DNA of 64,000 nucleotides from an uncultured Gammaproteobacteria bacterium (GCA_963714645.1 CAVQQX010000085.1:4972-68971), one strand, 5' to 3'; numbered from the stretch's first letter, positions 37,174 to 46,848 are shown. Notes: generated from the letters alone by a model not told the origin. Translations and numbers: made by a program.

Positions 37174-38817
37174 GTGCTGACCGACCAATCCGGGCTCAGT
37201 CGCTTCGAACGGCTGCTCACGGTCGTCACCCGCATCCGGCCGGGCGAGGGACGCAGCGCGTTCCTGTTCCTCCTGCACGGCTTCCTGCTGCTGTCGTCGT
37301 ACCAGATCGTCAAGGCGCTGCGCGAGGCGCTGATCCTCACGAAGTTCTCGGCCGAAGTCCGGTCGTACGCCGTCGCAGTGATGGCGCTGGTGCTGATGTT
37401 CGTCGTGCCGCTGTACGGCGCGCTCCGGCGACGCCTCGACGGCGCCCGGCTGCTCGCAGCAGTCACCCTGTTCTTCGTCGTCACGCTGCCGCTGTTCGCG
37501 GGGCTGCTCTGGGCCGGCGCGCCGATCGAGTTCGTGTTCTTCATCTGGGTCGGCATCTACGGCGTGATGGTGATCTCGCAGATGTGGGCGTTCGCGGCCG
37601 ACACGTTCAACATCAAGAGCGGTCAGCGCCTCTTTCCGGTGATCATGGTCGGCGCCAACGTCGGCGCGCTCGCCGGTGCGAAGGTCGCGCAGCTCGCCGC
37701 CGCCGCGCTGTCGGTGCCGGGCCTCATGGTGTTCGCGACCGGGACGCTCGCGGCGACGCTCTTCCTCGCCGGACCGGAACGAAATTCCGTGCCGGAAGGG
37801 TCGCGCGCGGTGGCGGCGGAGCACGGCCGGCCGGTTCCGCGGCTGCTGGGCGGCATCGGCCTGGTGCTGCGCGACCGCTACCTGCTGCTGATCGCGCTGC
37901 TGGTGGTGCTGCTCAACTGGATCAACTCGACCGGCGAGTTCATCCTGGCGGACTACGTCAAGGCCGATGCGTTGCGGCGCGTAGCGGCCGACGCCTCGCT
38001 CGACCTGGGCGCGTTGATCACTTCGTTCTACGGCAACTTCCAGTTCTGGGTCACCGTCGTCACGCTCGTGATCCAGGTCTTCCTGGTCGCGCGGATCTAT
38101 CGCGCGGTCGGCATCCGCGGCGCGCTGATGATCCACCCGGGGCTGGTGGCGATCGGGTACGGCCTGCTCGCCATCTCACCGCTGCTCGGCGGTTTCGTGC
38201 CGATCTTCACGCTGATCAGCATCGTCAAGATCATGGAGAACAGCGTCGACTACTCGCTGATGAACACGACGCGGCAGGCGCTGTTCCTGCCGGTCGACCG
38301 CGACAGCAAGTACGACGGCAAGACGGCGATCGACACCTTCTTCTGGCGTTTCGGCGACCTGATCCAGGCCGGCGCGATCTATGCCGGCACGAACCTGCTG
38401 CAGTGGGAGGCTCCGCAGTTCGCGCTGCTGAACGGGATACTCGCGCTCGGCTGGATCGCGCTCGCGGTCGCGATCGGACGTGGCTTCGGCCGCAAGGCGA
38501 TCGAGAACGTGATCAACGTCGCGCCGGAGCCCGGGGATCCGATCCCCGACCTGCACTACGCGCCCGGCGAGCCCTTCATGCACCCGATCGCGCACACCGC
38601 TTTCCGCGACGCGGACCCGGGCGACGTGTTGTACCTGCGCGCGTGCCTCGAGGACGGCCGGCCGCTGCCGCGCTGGCTGCAGTTCGACGCTCGCCGCCGG
38701 GCGTTCCACGGCAAGGGGCCGACGGTGATCGAGGAAGTGCGCATCACCGTCATCGCGAGCGACGTCGACGGCATGGAAGCCCGGAGCATGTTCGTGGTCC
38801 GCCGACTCCCGAACTGA
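37174..38817 (+). CDS. TLC/Npt-type (ATP:ADP antiporter family-like) membrane transporter with C-terminal cadherin/Ig-like domain
   Basis: GTG 37174 lies inside ORF 36856..38817. MWAFAADTFNIKSGQRLFPVIMVGANVGALAGA parallels the FWxFAN...AKRFY...GxN motif of TLC transporters. The tail RPLPRWLQFDARRRAFHGKGP...ITVIASDVDGMEARSMFVV resembles putative-Ig/dystroglycan-type cadherin-like domains. The start is uncertain. Confidence 0.72.
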   Translation: MLTDQSGLSRFERLLTVVTRIRPGEGRSAFLFLLHGFLLLSSYQIVKALREALILTKFSAEVRSYAVAVMALVLMFVVPLYGALRRRLDGARLLAAVTLFFVVTLPLFAGLLWAGAPIEFVFFIWVGIYGVMVISQMWAFAADTFNIKSGQRLFPVIMVGANVGALAGAKVAQLAAAALSVPGLMVFATGTLAATLFLAGPERNSVPEGSRAVAAEHGRPVPRLLGGIGLVLRDRYLLLIALLVVLLNWINSTGEFILADYVKADALRRVAADASLDLGALITSFYGNFQFWVTVVTLVIQVFLVARIYRAVGIRGALMIHPGLVAIGYGLLAISPLLGGFVPIFTLISIVKIMENSVDYSLMNTTRQALFLPVDRDSKYDGKTAIDTFFWRFGDLIQAGAIYAGTNLLQWEAPQFALLNGILALGWIALAVAIGRGFGRKAIENVINVAPEPGDPIPDLHYAPGEPFMHPIAHTAFRDADPGDVLYLRACLEDGRPLPRWLQFDARRRAFHGKGPTVIEEVRITVIASDVDGMEARSMFVVRRLPN

Positions 38818-39567
38818 TCAGGGTGGCACGGCGCGCGCGGCGGTCATCGCGGCGCCGATGATGCCCGCGTCGTTGCCGAACGCCGCGGGCAGTATTTCCG
38901 CGCGACTCACTAGCAGCGGGCCGAAGTGGCTCCAGTTCTCGGTGACGCCTCCGCCTACGACGAACACGTCGGGCCAGAGCAGCGCGTGATAGGCCTCGAG
39001 CACGATGTTCAACTCGCGCGCCCATTCCACCCAGTCGAGCCCGCGCTCCGTGCGCACGCGCCCAGACGCCCGGTGCTCGGCCTCGCGCCCCTTCACCTCG
39101 AGGTGGCCGAGCTCGGTGTTCGGCAGCAGGTGCCCGTCCACGAAGATCGCCGTGCCGATGCCCGTGCCGAGCGTGAGCACCATGACCACGCCCTGCTGCC
39201 GGTGGCGGCCGGCGCCCAGCGTCATCTCGGCGACGCCGGCGGCGTCCGCGTCGTTCAGGAACGACACCGGACGCTGCAGGCGCGCCTGCAGATGCGTCTG
39301 CACGTTCATGCCGATCCAGCGCTTGTCGATGTTGGCCGCGGTCCAGGCCACGCCGTTCTTGGCGACGGAGGGAAATGCCAGCCCGACCGGCCCCGAGGCG
39401 GGCAGCTCGCCGGCGATCTGCACCAGGAGCTCGAGCACCGCTTCCGGCGTGCCGCCGGGCGGCGTCGGGCGGCGCAGGACCTCGCCGAGCACCAGGCCCG
39501 TGTCGGTCGCGACGAGCCCCGCCTTTACGAACGAGCCGCCGACGTCGAATGCCAGGACGGCGGACAT
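38818..39567 (-). CDS. ppgK: ROK-family polyphosphate glucokinase
   Basis: AFDVGGSFVKAG, LNDADAAG and LGTGIGTAIF. The short (249 aa) PpgK-type architecture. Confidence 0.83.
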   Translation of the reverse strand: MSAVLAFDVGGSFVKAGLVATDTGLVLGEVLRRPTPPGGTPEAVLELLVQIAGELPASGPVGLAFPSVAKNGVAWTAANIDKRWIGMNVQTHLQARLQRPVSFLNDADAAGVAEMTLGAGRHRQQGVVMVLTLGTGIGTAIFVDGHLLPNTELGHLEVKGREAEHRASGRVRTERGLDWVEWARELNIVLEAYHALLWPDVFVVGGGVTENWSHFGPLLVSRAEILPAAFGNDAGIIGAAMTAARAVPP

Positions 39568-39571
39568 CCGT

Positions 39572-40441
39572 TCAGCCCCGCTTGACGCTCTCGATCATCT
39601 GCTGATTGGCCGCGAGCGCCATCTGCGCGTCCCGGTCGCGGACCTTCTGCTGGCGTGCGTTGAGGTAGCCGGCGACCCCCGCGCCGATACCGACGATGAC
39701 GACGAGGATCGTGGCCAGCGCATTGATGTCCGGGCTCACGCCCAGGCGCACCTTCGAGAAGATCACCATCGGCAGCGTGCTCGATCCAGGACCTGCGACG
39801 AAGCTCGTGATCACGAGGTCGTCGAGCGACAGCGTGAACGCGAGCAGCCAGCCCGAGAGCAGTGCCGGGAAGATGATCGGCAGCGTGATAAGGAAGAAGA
39901 CCTTGTGCGGCCGCGCGCCCAGGTCCATGGCCGCTTCCTCCAGCGAGTCGTCGAGCTGCGAGAGGCGCGACTGCACCACCACCGTCACGAACGCCATCGT
40001 GAACGTGATGTGCGAGATCACGATGGTCGTCATGCCACGCCCCGCAGGCCAGCCGATCAGCTGCTCCATCGTCACGAACAGCAGCAGCAGCGACAGGCCC
40101 GTGATCACCTCGGGCATCACCAGCGGGGCCGTGGTGAGGCCCGAGAGCAGCGTCCGGCCCTTGAAGGGCCCGAAGCGCGCGAGCGCCATGCCGGCGAGAG
40201 TTCCGAGCACCACCGAGAGCGTCGCCGACGCGACGGCCACCTTCACGCTGAGCCACGCGGCGTTCAGGATCTGCTGGTTGTGCAGCAGCTCGCCGTACCA
40301 CTTGGTCGAGAATCCGCCCCAGACCGTCACGAGTCGCGACTCGTTGAACGAATAGACGATCAGCGAGACGATCGGGATGTAGAGGAACGCGAAGCCGAGC
40401 GTCAGCACGACGGCGCGGAAGACCGTGATGCCCTGGCCCAT
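39572..40441 (-). CDS. potI: putrescine/spermidine ABC transporter permease
   Basis: PotI-like N-terminus FLYIPIVSLIVYSFNESRLVTVWGGFSTKWY. ATGA overlap with the potH stop. Confidence 0.9.
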   Translation of the reverse strand: MGQGITVFRAVVLTLGFAFLYIPIVSLIVYSFNESRLVTVWGGFSTKWYGELLHNQQILNAAWLSVKVAVASATLSVVLGTLAGMALARFGPFKGRTLLSGLTTAPLVMPEVITGLSLLLLFVTMEQLIGWPAGRGMTTIVISHITFTMAFVTVVVQSRLSQLDDSLEEAAMDLGARPHKVFFLITLPIIFPALLSGWLLAFTLSLDDLVITSFVAGPGSSTLPMVIFSKVRLGVSPDINALATILVVIVGIGAGVAGYLNARQQKVRDRDAQMALAANQQMIESVKRG

Positions 40442-41361
40442 CAGCGGTGCACTCCGCCGCCGGCCTCGGCATCCTGCGCGCGCTGGTAGAACATGATCGG
40501 GATCACGAGGAACAGCAGCAGCGCGATCGCGACGGCGCTCGCGACCGGCCAGTCGCGGTTATTGAAGAACTCCGTCCAGAGCACCTTGCCGATCATCAGC
40601 ATGCCGGGGTCGCCGAGCAGCGACGGGATCACGAACTCGCCGACCGCCGGAATGAACACCAGCAGGCAGCCGGCGACGATGCCGGGCCGCGAGAGCGGCA
40701 GCGTGATCTTGCAGAACGCCTGCCACGGCTTGCAACCGAGGTCGGAGGCCGCCTCGAGCAGCGCGACATCCATCTTCTCGAGGTTCGCGTACAGCGGCAG
40801 GATCATGAACGGCAGGTACGAGTAGACGATGCCGACGTACACCGCGAAATCGGTCTGCAGCATCTGGATCGGCTGGTCGATCAGGCCGATCCAGATGAGG
40901 AAGTTGTTGAGCAGCCCGTTGTTCTTGAGGATGCCGATCCACGCGTAAACACGCAGCAGGAACGACGTCCAGAACGGCAGCACGATCAGCAGCATCAGGA
41001 TGTTGCGGGTCGACGGGTTGCTGCGCGCGATGGCGTACGCGATCGGGTAGCCGATCAGCAGGCATATCAGCGTCGAGACTCCGGCGACGAAGATCGAGTT
41101 CAGGTACGCCCTCCAGTAAAGGTCGTCCTCGAACAGGAAGGCGAAGTTCGCGAAGTTGAGCTGGAGCTGCACCAGCTTGTCGCCGGCCCAGTGCAGCAGC
41201 GGCAGGTACGGCGGCATCGCGATCTGCGTGCTCGAGAAGCTGATCTTCAGCACGATCGCGAACGGGATCAGGAAGAACAGCACGAGCCAGAGGTACGGCA
41301 CCGCGGTGACGAGGTTGCGACCCCGCATCCCCGCCCGCTTGAGCCACCGGCGGGCCTTCAC
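40441..41361 (-). CDS. potH: putrescine/spermidine ABC transporter permease
   Basis: PotH-like. I prefer GTG 41361 because it forms a GTGA overlap with the potG stop, and because the N-terminus KARRWLKRAGMRGRNLVTAVPYLWLVLFF parallels E. coli PotH. The track's ATG 41394 would overlap potG by 37 nt. Confidence 0.87.
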   Translation of the reverse strand: MKARRWLKRAGMRGRNLVTAVPYLWLVLFFLIPFAIVLKISFSSTQIAMPPYLPLLHWAGDKLVQLQLNFANFAFLFEDDLYWRAYLNSIFVAGVSTLICLLIGYPIAYAIARSNPSTRNILMLLIVLPFWTSFLLRVYAWIGILKNNGLLNNFLIWIGLIDQPIQMLQTDFAVYVGIVYSYLPFMILPLYANLEKMDVALLEAASDLGCKPWQAFCKITLPLSRPGIVAGCLLVFIPAVGEFVIPSLLGDPGMLMIGKVLWTEFFNNRDWPVASAVAIALLLFLVIPIMFYQRAQDAEAGGGVHR

Positions 41362-42503
41362 TTGGTCACCACCACCGGGCTCTCGGGATGCCACTGCACG
41401 TACACGCGCTCGTCCCAGGTCAGCCGGTCGTCCGCGTGCCGGTGCACGTTCGGCTGGGTCACGCGCACGACCTTGCCGGAAACGAGCCGCAACAGGTAGA
41501 TGGAGACGTCGCCCATGTACGCGATGTCCTGCACGACGGCGCTCGCCCAGTTGTCCTGCTGCTCAGGCTTGTCACGGCCGATCGCGATCTTCTCGGGACG
41601 GATCGCCGCCCACACGGTCGCGCCCGGCGCCGAGCTCACGCCGTGGTCGACGTAGATGGGCGCCTCGAGGTCGTCGCACGCGATCCTGACGTACGACGGC
41701 TCGTCCTCGATCAGCTTGCCCTCGAACATGTTCACCGAGCCGATGAACTCGGCCGCGAAGCGCGAAGCCGGGTACTCGTACATCTCGCTCGGCGTACCCA
41801 CCTGGATGATCTCGCCGTGGTTCATGAGCCCGATGCGCGAGGAGAGCGTCATCGCCTCTTCCTGGTCGTGGGTCACGACGATGAACGTGACGCCGAGCGT
41901 CTCCTGGATGTTGATCAGCTCGAACTGCGTGTGCTCGCGCAGCTTCTTGTCGAGCGCAGCGAGGGGCTCGTCGAGCAGCAGCAGCTTCGGCTTCTTGACG
42001 AGCGCGCGCGCGAGTGCGACGCGCTGGCGCTGGCCGCCGGAGAGCTGGTGCGGCTTGCGCTTCGCGAACTCCCCGAGCTTGACGAGACCGAGCATGTCGG
42101 CGACGCGGCTCGCCGTCTCCGCTTTCGGCAGGCCTTCCTGCCTGAGGCCGAACGCGACGTTCTGCTCGACGGTCATGTGCGGGAACACCGCGTACGACTG
42201 GAACATCATGTTGACTGGCCGCTCGTACGGCGGGATCGCCGTCATGTCGACCCCGTCGATGAAGATGCAGCCCGACGTCGGGCGCTCGAATCCCGCGAGC
42301 ATGCGCAGCAGCGTGGTCTTGCCGCACCCGGACGCACCGAGCAGGCAGAAGATCTCCTTCTTGTAGATGTCGAGCGTGACGTCGTCGACCGCCACGAAGT
42401 CGCCGAATTTCTTGGTGACCTTCTGGATCCGGACGTATGGCTTGGCGTCCGGATCGTTCCAGGGCTCGAATTTCTGCTGGGTGGCGCGAGGTGATGTGGC
42501 CAT
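41358..42503 (-). CDS. potG: putrescine/spermidine ABC transporter ATP-binding protein
   Basis: Walker A GASGCGKTT, signature LSGGQRQR, Walker B LLLDEP. C-terminal TOBE-like domain. Confidence 0.9.
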   Translation of the reverse strand: MATSPRATQQKFEPWNDPDAKPYVRIQKVTKKFGDFVAVDDVTLDIYKKEIFCLLGASGCGKTTLLRMLAGFERPTSGCIFIDGVDMTAIPPYERPVNMMFQSYAVFPHMTVEQNVAFGLRQEGLPKAETASRVADMLGLVKLGEFAKRKPHQLSGGQRQRVALARALVKKPKLLLLDEPLAALDKKLREHTQFELINIQETLGVTFIVVTHDQEEAMTLSSRIGLMNHGEIIQVGTPSEMYEYPASRFAAEFIGSVNMFEGKLIEDEPSYVRIACDDLEAPIYVDHGVSSAPGATVWAAIRPEKIAIGRDKPEQQDNWASAVVQDIAYMGDVSIYLLRLVSGKVVRVTQPNVHRHADDRLTWDERVYVQWHPESPVVVTK

Positions 42504-42597
42504 GTTCGCTGGTTCTTCTGCCCGCCGGAATCGTTATAGCTCAGGCCACAGCGCTTTGGATAGCGGGATCGGGACGGGCAACGAGCCGGCGCCTGCC

Positions 42598-42636
42598 GCA
42601 AACGAAACGGGGCGGCCGGATCCGTCCGGCCGCCCC
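42598..42636 (-). terminator. intrinsic terminator after potF
   Basis: Perfect 12-bp stem GGGGCGGCCGGA / TCCGGCCGCCCC (42609-42620 / 42625-42636) with a 4-nt loop. On the minus strand it is followed by GTTTCGTTTGC. Confidence 0.6.
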
Positions 42637-42670
42637 GCGGCTCATGTGCGTCCCGGGATCGGGTGGCGAG

Positions 42671-43837
42671 TTATTTGCCCGTGGTGAACCGCGTCCAGGT
42701 GCGGTTCAGCAGGCGCGTGAACTCGGCCGTCTCGGCGAGGTCGGGGAACAGCTTGGCCTTGACCTCGGCCGACGGGTACACGCCAGGGTCGGTGCGGACC
42801 GACTCGTCGATCAGCTCGAACGACTTGGCGTTGCCGTTCGCATAGTTGATGAAGTTCGAGTTCGCCGCGGCGACGTCGGGGCGCATCATGAAGTTGATGA
42901 ACGTGTGCGCGTTGTCCGGGTGCGGCGCATCGGCCGGCACGGCGTACATGTCGAACCAGATGATCGTGCCTTCCTTCGGGATCGTGTACCTGATCACGTT
43001 GCCCTGCCCGGCCTCCGCGGCGCGGTCGCGGGCCTGCAGCATGTCGCCGCTCCAGCCGACCGCGACGCAGATCTCGCCGTTCGCGAGCGCGTCGATGTAC
43101 TGGGAGCTGTGGATCATGCGGATGCTCGGCCGGATCTTCATCAGCAGGTCTTCGGCGAGCTTCAGGTCGGCCTCCGACTGGCTGTTCGGATCCTTGCCGA
43201 GGTAGGCGAGCGCGATGCCGACCATCTCGCTCGGCGCGTCGAGCACGGAGATGCCGCAGTCCTTGAACTTGGCTGCCCACTTCGGATCGAGCACCAGGCT
43301 CCAGCTGTCGACCGGGGCATTGGGGTCGATCTTCTTGACCTTGCCCTCGTTGTAGCCGATGCCGTCGGTGCCCCACATGTGGTTGACCGCGTGCTCGTTG
43401 CCCGGGTCGTGCAGGGCCACCCGCTGCAGCACCTCGCCATCGAGGTTGTCCCAGTTGCTGAGCTTGGTGCGGTCGAGCTTGCGGAACACCCCGGCCTTGA
43501 TCTGCCGCTCGAGGAACGACGCCGAGGGGACGACGACGTCGTAGCCGGTGTTGCCTGCGAGGAGCTTGGTCTCGAGCACCTCGTTCGAGTCGAACACGTC
43601 GTAGTTCACTTTGATGCCGGTTTCGGCGGTGAACTGCTCGAGCATCTTCGGGTCGATGTAGTCCGACCAGTTGTAGACGTTGACGACCTTTTCCTCGCTC
43701 GAGGCCGGCGCGGCGGCGGAAGGCGCCTGAGCGCCGGCATCGGCGGCCGGCGGAGCCTCTTCCTTCTTGCCGCAGCCGACGAGCGCAGTCGCGGCCAGCA
43801 GGCCGAACAGTCCTGCGCGAATGCTGCTGGTGGTCAT
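42671..43837 (-). CDS. potF: putrescine-binding periplasmic lipoprotein
   Basis: ATG 43837 is preceded by AAGGGGA. Lipobox ALVGC. PotF/PotD-like body (VNVYNWSDYIDP...). Confidence 0.88.
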   Translation of the reverse strand: MTTSSIRAGLFGLLAATALVGCGKKEEAPPAADAGAQAPSAAAPASSEEKVVNVYNWSDYIDPKMLEQFTAETGIKVNYDVFDSNEVLETKLLAGNTGYDVVVPSASFLERQIKAGVFRKLDRTKLSNWDNLDGEVLQRVALHDPGNEHAVNHMWGTDGIGYNEGKVKKIDPNAPVDSWSLVLDPKWAAKFKDCGISVLDAPSEMVGIALAYLGKDPNSQSEADLKLAEDLLMKIRPSIRMIHSSQYIDALANGEICVAVGWSGDMLQARDRAAEAGQGNVIRYTIPKEGTIIWFDMYAVPADAPHPDNAHTFINFMMRPDVAAANSNFINYANGNAKSFELIDESVRTDPGVYPSAEVKAKLFPDLAETAEFTRLLNRTWTRFTTGK

Positions 43838-43993
43838 CGTGGAATCCCCTTCGTTGGTGGTTTGAAGTGCGAAACGGGATGTATAGCGAAGATCAACTGC
43901 GGTGGCTAGGGGGACGCGACCGCCGCATCGGCGGGGTGCACGGGGAGTGTCCGGCCGCCCCATGACCGCGCACGGGCGGCTGGACGGGCCGGT

Positions 43994-45370
43994 TCAGCAG
44001 CGACCCTCGGCACGGCAGCGCTCGAGGGTCAGGTCGAGGCAGACCCAGGCCTTCTCGACCAGCTCGTCGATCTGTTCCCGCGCGATCACGAGCGGCGGGG
44101 CGATGATCATCGTGTCGCGGACGGCCCGCATGATCAGCCCGTTCTCGAAGCAGAAATCGCGGCAGATCGTGCCCACCTCGCCGCGCTTGTCGAAGAAGGT
44201 GCGCGCAGCCTTGTCGCGGACCAGTTCGAGCGCGCCGATCAGCCCCACGGAACGCGCCTCGCCGACCAGCGGGTGGCCTGCGATCTCGCGCCATTTCTGC
44301 GCCAGGTAGGGACCGGTCTCATCGCGCGTCCGGCCGACGAGGTTCTCCTGCTGGATGAGCTGCAGGTTCACGCTCGCGACTGCACACGCTGCCGGGTGCC
44401 CGGAATAGGTGAAGCCGTGGGCGAATTCCCCGCCCTGCTCGATCATGACCTCCGCCACCCGGTCGCCGACCATGACCCCGCCGATCGGCAGGTACCCCGA
44501 GGACAGACCCTTGGCGATGGTCATCAGGTCTGGCCGGATCCCGAAGTGCTCCGACCCGAACCACCGGCCGGTGCGTCCGAAGCCGCAGATCACCTCGTCT
44601 GCCACGAGCAAAATGCCGAAGCGGTCGCAGATGCGCTGGATCTCGGGCCAGTAGGTGTCGGGCGGAATGATCACTCCGCCCGCGCCCTGGATCGGCTCGC
44701 CGATGAAGGCTGCCACGCGGTGTGGCCCGAGCTCGAGGATCTTGCGTTCGAGGGCGCGTGCCACCTCGAGCCCGAACTCGGCGGGCGACCGGTCGCCGCC
44801 GTCGGCATACCAGTAGGGTTGCGGGATGTGAACGATGTCGGGGATCGGCAGCCCGCCCTGCTCGTGCATGAACGACATGCCGCCCAGGCTCGCGCCCGCC
44901 ATGGTGCTGCCGTGGTACGCATTGACCCGGCTCACGATCACCTTGCGCTCCGGCTGCCCGAGCAGGTCCCAGTAGCGGCGCACGAGGCGCACGACGGTGT
45001 CGTTGCCCTCCGAGCCGGAGCCCGTGAAGAACACGTGGTTGAACTGCGGCGGCGTCAGCTCGACGAGCTGTCGCGCGAGCTCGATCGCGGGCGGGTGGGC
45101 GGTCTGGAAGAAGCTGTTGTAGTACGGCAGCTCCATCATCTGCCGGTAGGCCGCTTCCGCGAGTTCCTTGCGCCCGTAGCCGACGTTGACGCACCAGAGG
45201 CCGGCCATGCCGTCCAGGAACCGGTTGCCGTCGGAATCGAACAGGTAGACGCCCTCGGCGCGAACGATGACCCGCGAGCCCCGCGCGTGCAGGGCCTTGG
45301 AATCCGTGAACGGGTGGAGGTAGTGCCGGCGGTCCAGCGCCTGGTAGTCGGCCGTGGTGCGGGTGGGCAT
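43994..45370 (-). CDS. spuC: class-III aminotransferase, putrescine-pyruvate aminotransferase-like
   Basis: LDGMAGLWCVNVGYGR, FFTGSGSEGNDT and ADEVICGFGRTG. Context with pot and puu genes. Confidence 0.83.
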   Translation of the reverse strand: MPTRTTADYQALDRRHYLHPFTDSKALHARGSRVIVRAEGVYLFDSDGNRFLDGMAGLWCVNVGYGRKELAEAAYRQMMELPYYNSFFQTAHPPAIELARQLVELTPPQFNHVFFTGSGSEGNDTVVRLVRRYWDLLGQPERKVIVSRVNAYHGSTMAGASLGGMSFMHEQGGLPIPDIVHIPQPYWYADGGDRSPAEFGLEVARALERKILELGPHRVAAFIGEPIQGAGGVIIPPDTYWPEIQRICDRFGILLVADEVICGFGRTGRWFGSEHFGIRPDLMTIAKGLSSGYLPIGGVMVGDRVAEVMIEQGGEFAHGFTYSGHPAACAVASVNLQLIQQENLVGRTRDETGPYLAQKWREIAGHPLVGEARSVGLIGALELVRDKAARTFFDKRGEVGTICRDFCFENGLIMRAVRDTMIIAPPLVIAREQIDELVEKAWVCLDLTLERCRAEGRC

Positions 45371-45391
45371 CGGTCAGGTCCGGTGTTGCTT

Positions 45392-45510
45392 CGGTGACCA
45401 GTGAGTGGTGAACGGTGAATAGTGATCAGTAAGAGGTGAACCCAGTCTCGCGGCGAGTGTTCGCCTCCGACCATTCACCGGTCACTGAGTCACCGACCAC
45501 CAGTCACCTC
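45392..45510. repeat. heptad-repeat imperfect palindromic intergenic element
   Basis: The left arm is tandem 7-mers: GGTGACC AGTGAGT GGTGAAC GGTGAAT AGTGATC AGTAAGA GGTGAAC. The right arm carries the complementary units (..TTCACC GGTCACT GAGTCAC CGACCAC CAGTCAC CTC). The central part is GGCGAacacTCGCC. The element fills the whole puuA-spuC spacer. Confidence 0.55.
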
Positions 45511-46848
45511 CTACACATTGAGCAGCAGGTGCTCGCGCTCCCACGAGCTGATCACCTGCAGGAACGTGTCGTGCTCGCTCTCCTTGACGGCGGTGTACGC
45601 GAGCACGAAGCGGTCGCCGAGCATGTCGATCAGCGGACGGCAGTCGCGCAGCATCCGCACCGACTCCTCGAGGCTGCGCGGCAACCCGAACGGCAGGTCG
45701 TAGGCACTGCCCGGGACGGGCTCGGACGGCTTGAGGCCCTCCATCATGCCGAGGTAGCCACAGGCGAGCGATGCGGCGATCGCGAGGTACGGGTTCGCAT
45801 CCGCGCCCGCGAGGCGATTCTCGACGCGCCGGTTCTCCGGGTTCGAGAGCGGCACGCGCAGCCCCGCGGTGCGGTTGTCGTAACCCCACTGCGTGTTGAT
45901 GGGGGCGAGGTGCCGCAGGATGATCCGCCGGAACGCGTTCACGTTCGGCGCGAACAGGCACATCGCCGCCGGCAGGTACTTCTGCAGCCCGGCGATGTGC
46001 GAGAAGAAGAGCTGGCTCGGGTTGCCCTCATGGTCGCAGAAGACGTTCTTGCCCGTCTTCGCGTCGACGATGCTCTGGTGGATGTGCATGGCGGAACCGG
46101 GCTCGCGCGCCATCGGCTTCGACATGAACGTCGCATACATCTTGTGGCGGAACGCGGCCTCGCGCGCCGTGCGCTTGAACATGAACACCTGGTCCGCGAG
46201 CGACATCGCGTCGCCGTGGATCAGGTTGATCTCCATCTGCGCCGCGCCGTCCTCGTGGATCAGCGTGTCGATCTCGATCTCCTGCGCCTCGCAGAACGCA
46301 TAGATGTCGTCGAACAGCGGGTCGAATTCGTTGACCGCGGCGATGCTGTACGACTGCCGGCCGATCTCGGGGCGGCCGGAGCGGCCGACCGGCGGCTTGA
46401 GCGGGTAGTCGGCGTCGATGTTCGGCTCGACGAGGTAGAACTCGAGCTCCGGCGCGACGATGGGCTTCCAGCCCTTCTGCGCGTAGAGGTCGAGAATGTG
46501 GCGCAGCACGTAGCGCGGCGCCATGGTCACCGGGCGGCCGTCAGAGTAGAAGGCGTCGTGAATGACCTGCGCGGTCGGCTCCGCCGCCCAGGGCACGACG
46601 CGCGTCGTGGCCGGATCGGCCTTCAGCACGATGTCGATCTCGGCGGGACTGATCGCGCGGTCGTCGTCGGGGTACTCGCCCGTGACGGTCTGCAGGAAGA
46701 TGCTCTCGGGCATGCGCATGCCCTCGTCCTCCGCGAATTTCATCGCCGGCATGACCTTCCCGCGCGCGATGCCCGCCATGTCGGGCACGACGGCCTCCAC
46801 TTCGGAGATGCCGTGTTCCTTGAAGAATTGCTGGATCGGGGTGCTCAT
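45511..46848 (-). CDS. puuA: glutamine-synthetase-family gamma-glutamylpolyamine (putrescine) synthetase
   Basis: ATG 46848 lies inside ORF 45511..47106. Type III-like GS/PuuA motifs are PELEFYL, HEDGAAQMEINL, KPMAREPGSAMHIHQS and NRTAGLRVP. ATGA overlap with the puuD stop. Confidence 0.85.
   Translation of the reverse strand: MSTPIQQFFKEHGISEVEAVVPDMAGIARGKVMPAMKFAEDEGMRMPESIFLQTVTGEYPDDDRAISPAEIDIVLKADPATTRVVPWAAEPTAQVIHDAFYSDGRPVTMAPRYVLRHILDLYAQKGWKPIVAPELEFYLVEPNIDADYPLKPPVGRSGRPEIGRQSYSIAAVNEFDPLFDDIYAFCEAQEIEIDTLIHEDGAAQMEINLIHGDAMSLADQVFMFKRTAREAAFRHKMYATFMSKPMAREPGSAMHIHQSIVDAKTGKNVFCDHEGNPSQLFFSHIAGLQKYLPAAMCLFAPNVNAFRRIILRHLAPINTQWGYDNRTAGLRVPLSNPENRRVENRLAGADANPYLAIAASLACGYLGMMEGLKPSEPVPGSAYDLPFGLPRSLEESVRMLRDCRPLIDMLGDRFVLAYTAVKESEHDTFLQVISSWEREHLLLNV

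Noticed and set aside
38815-38820. Palindromic TGATCA formed by the abutting stops of the convergent transporter and ppgK genes.
   Set aside because: This is a coincidence of two stop codons (TGA/TCA). No terminator or other structure lies between the genes.
43920-43934. Hairpin CCGCCG-cat-CGGCGG downstream of spuC.
   Set aside because: The stem is only 6 bp with a 3-nt loop and no U-tract, so there is not enough evidence for a terminator call.
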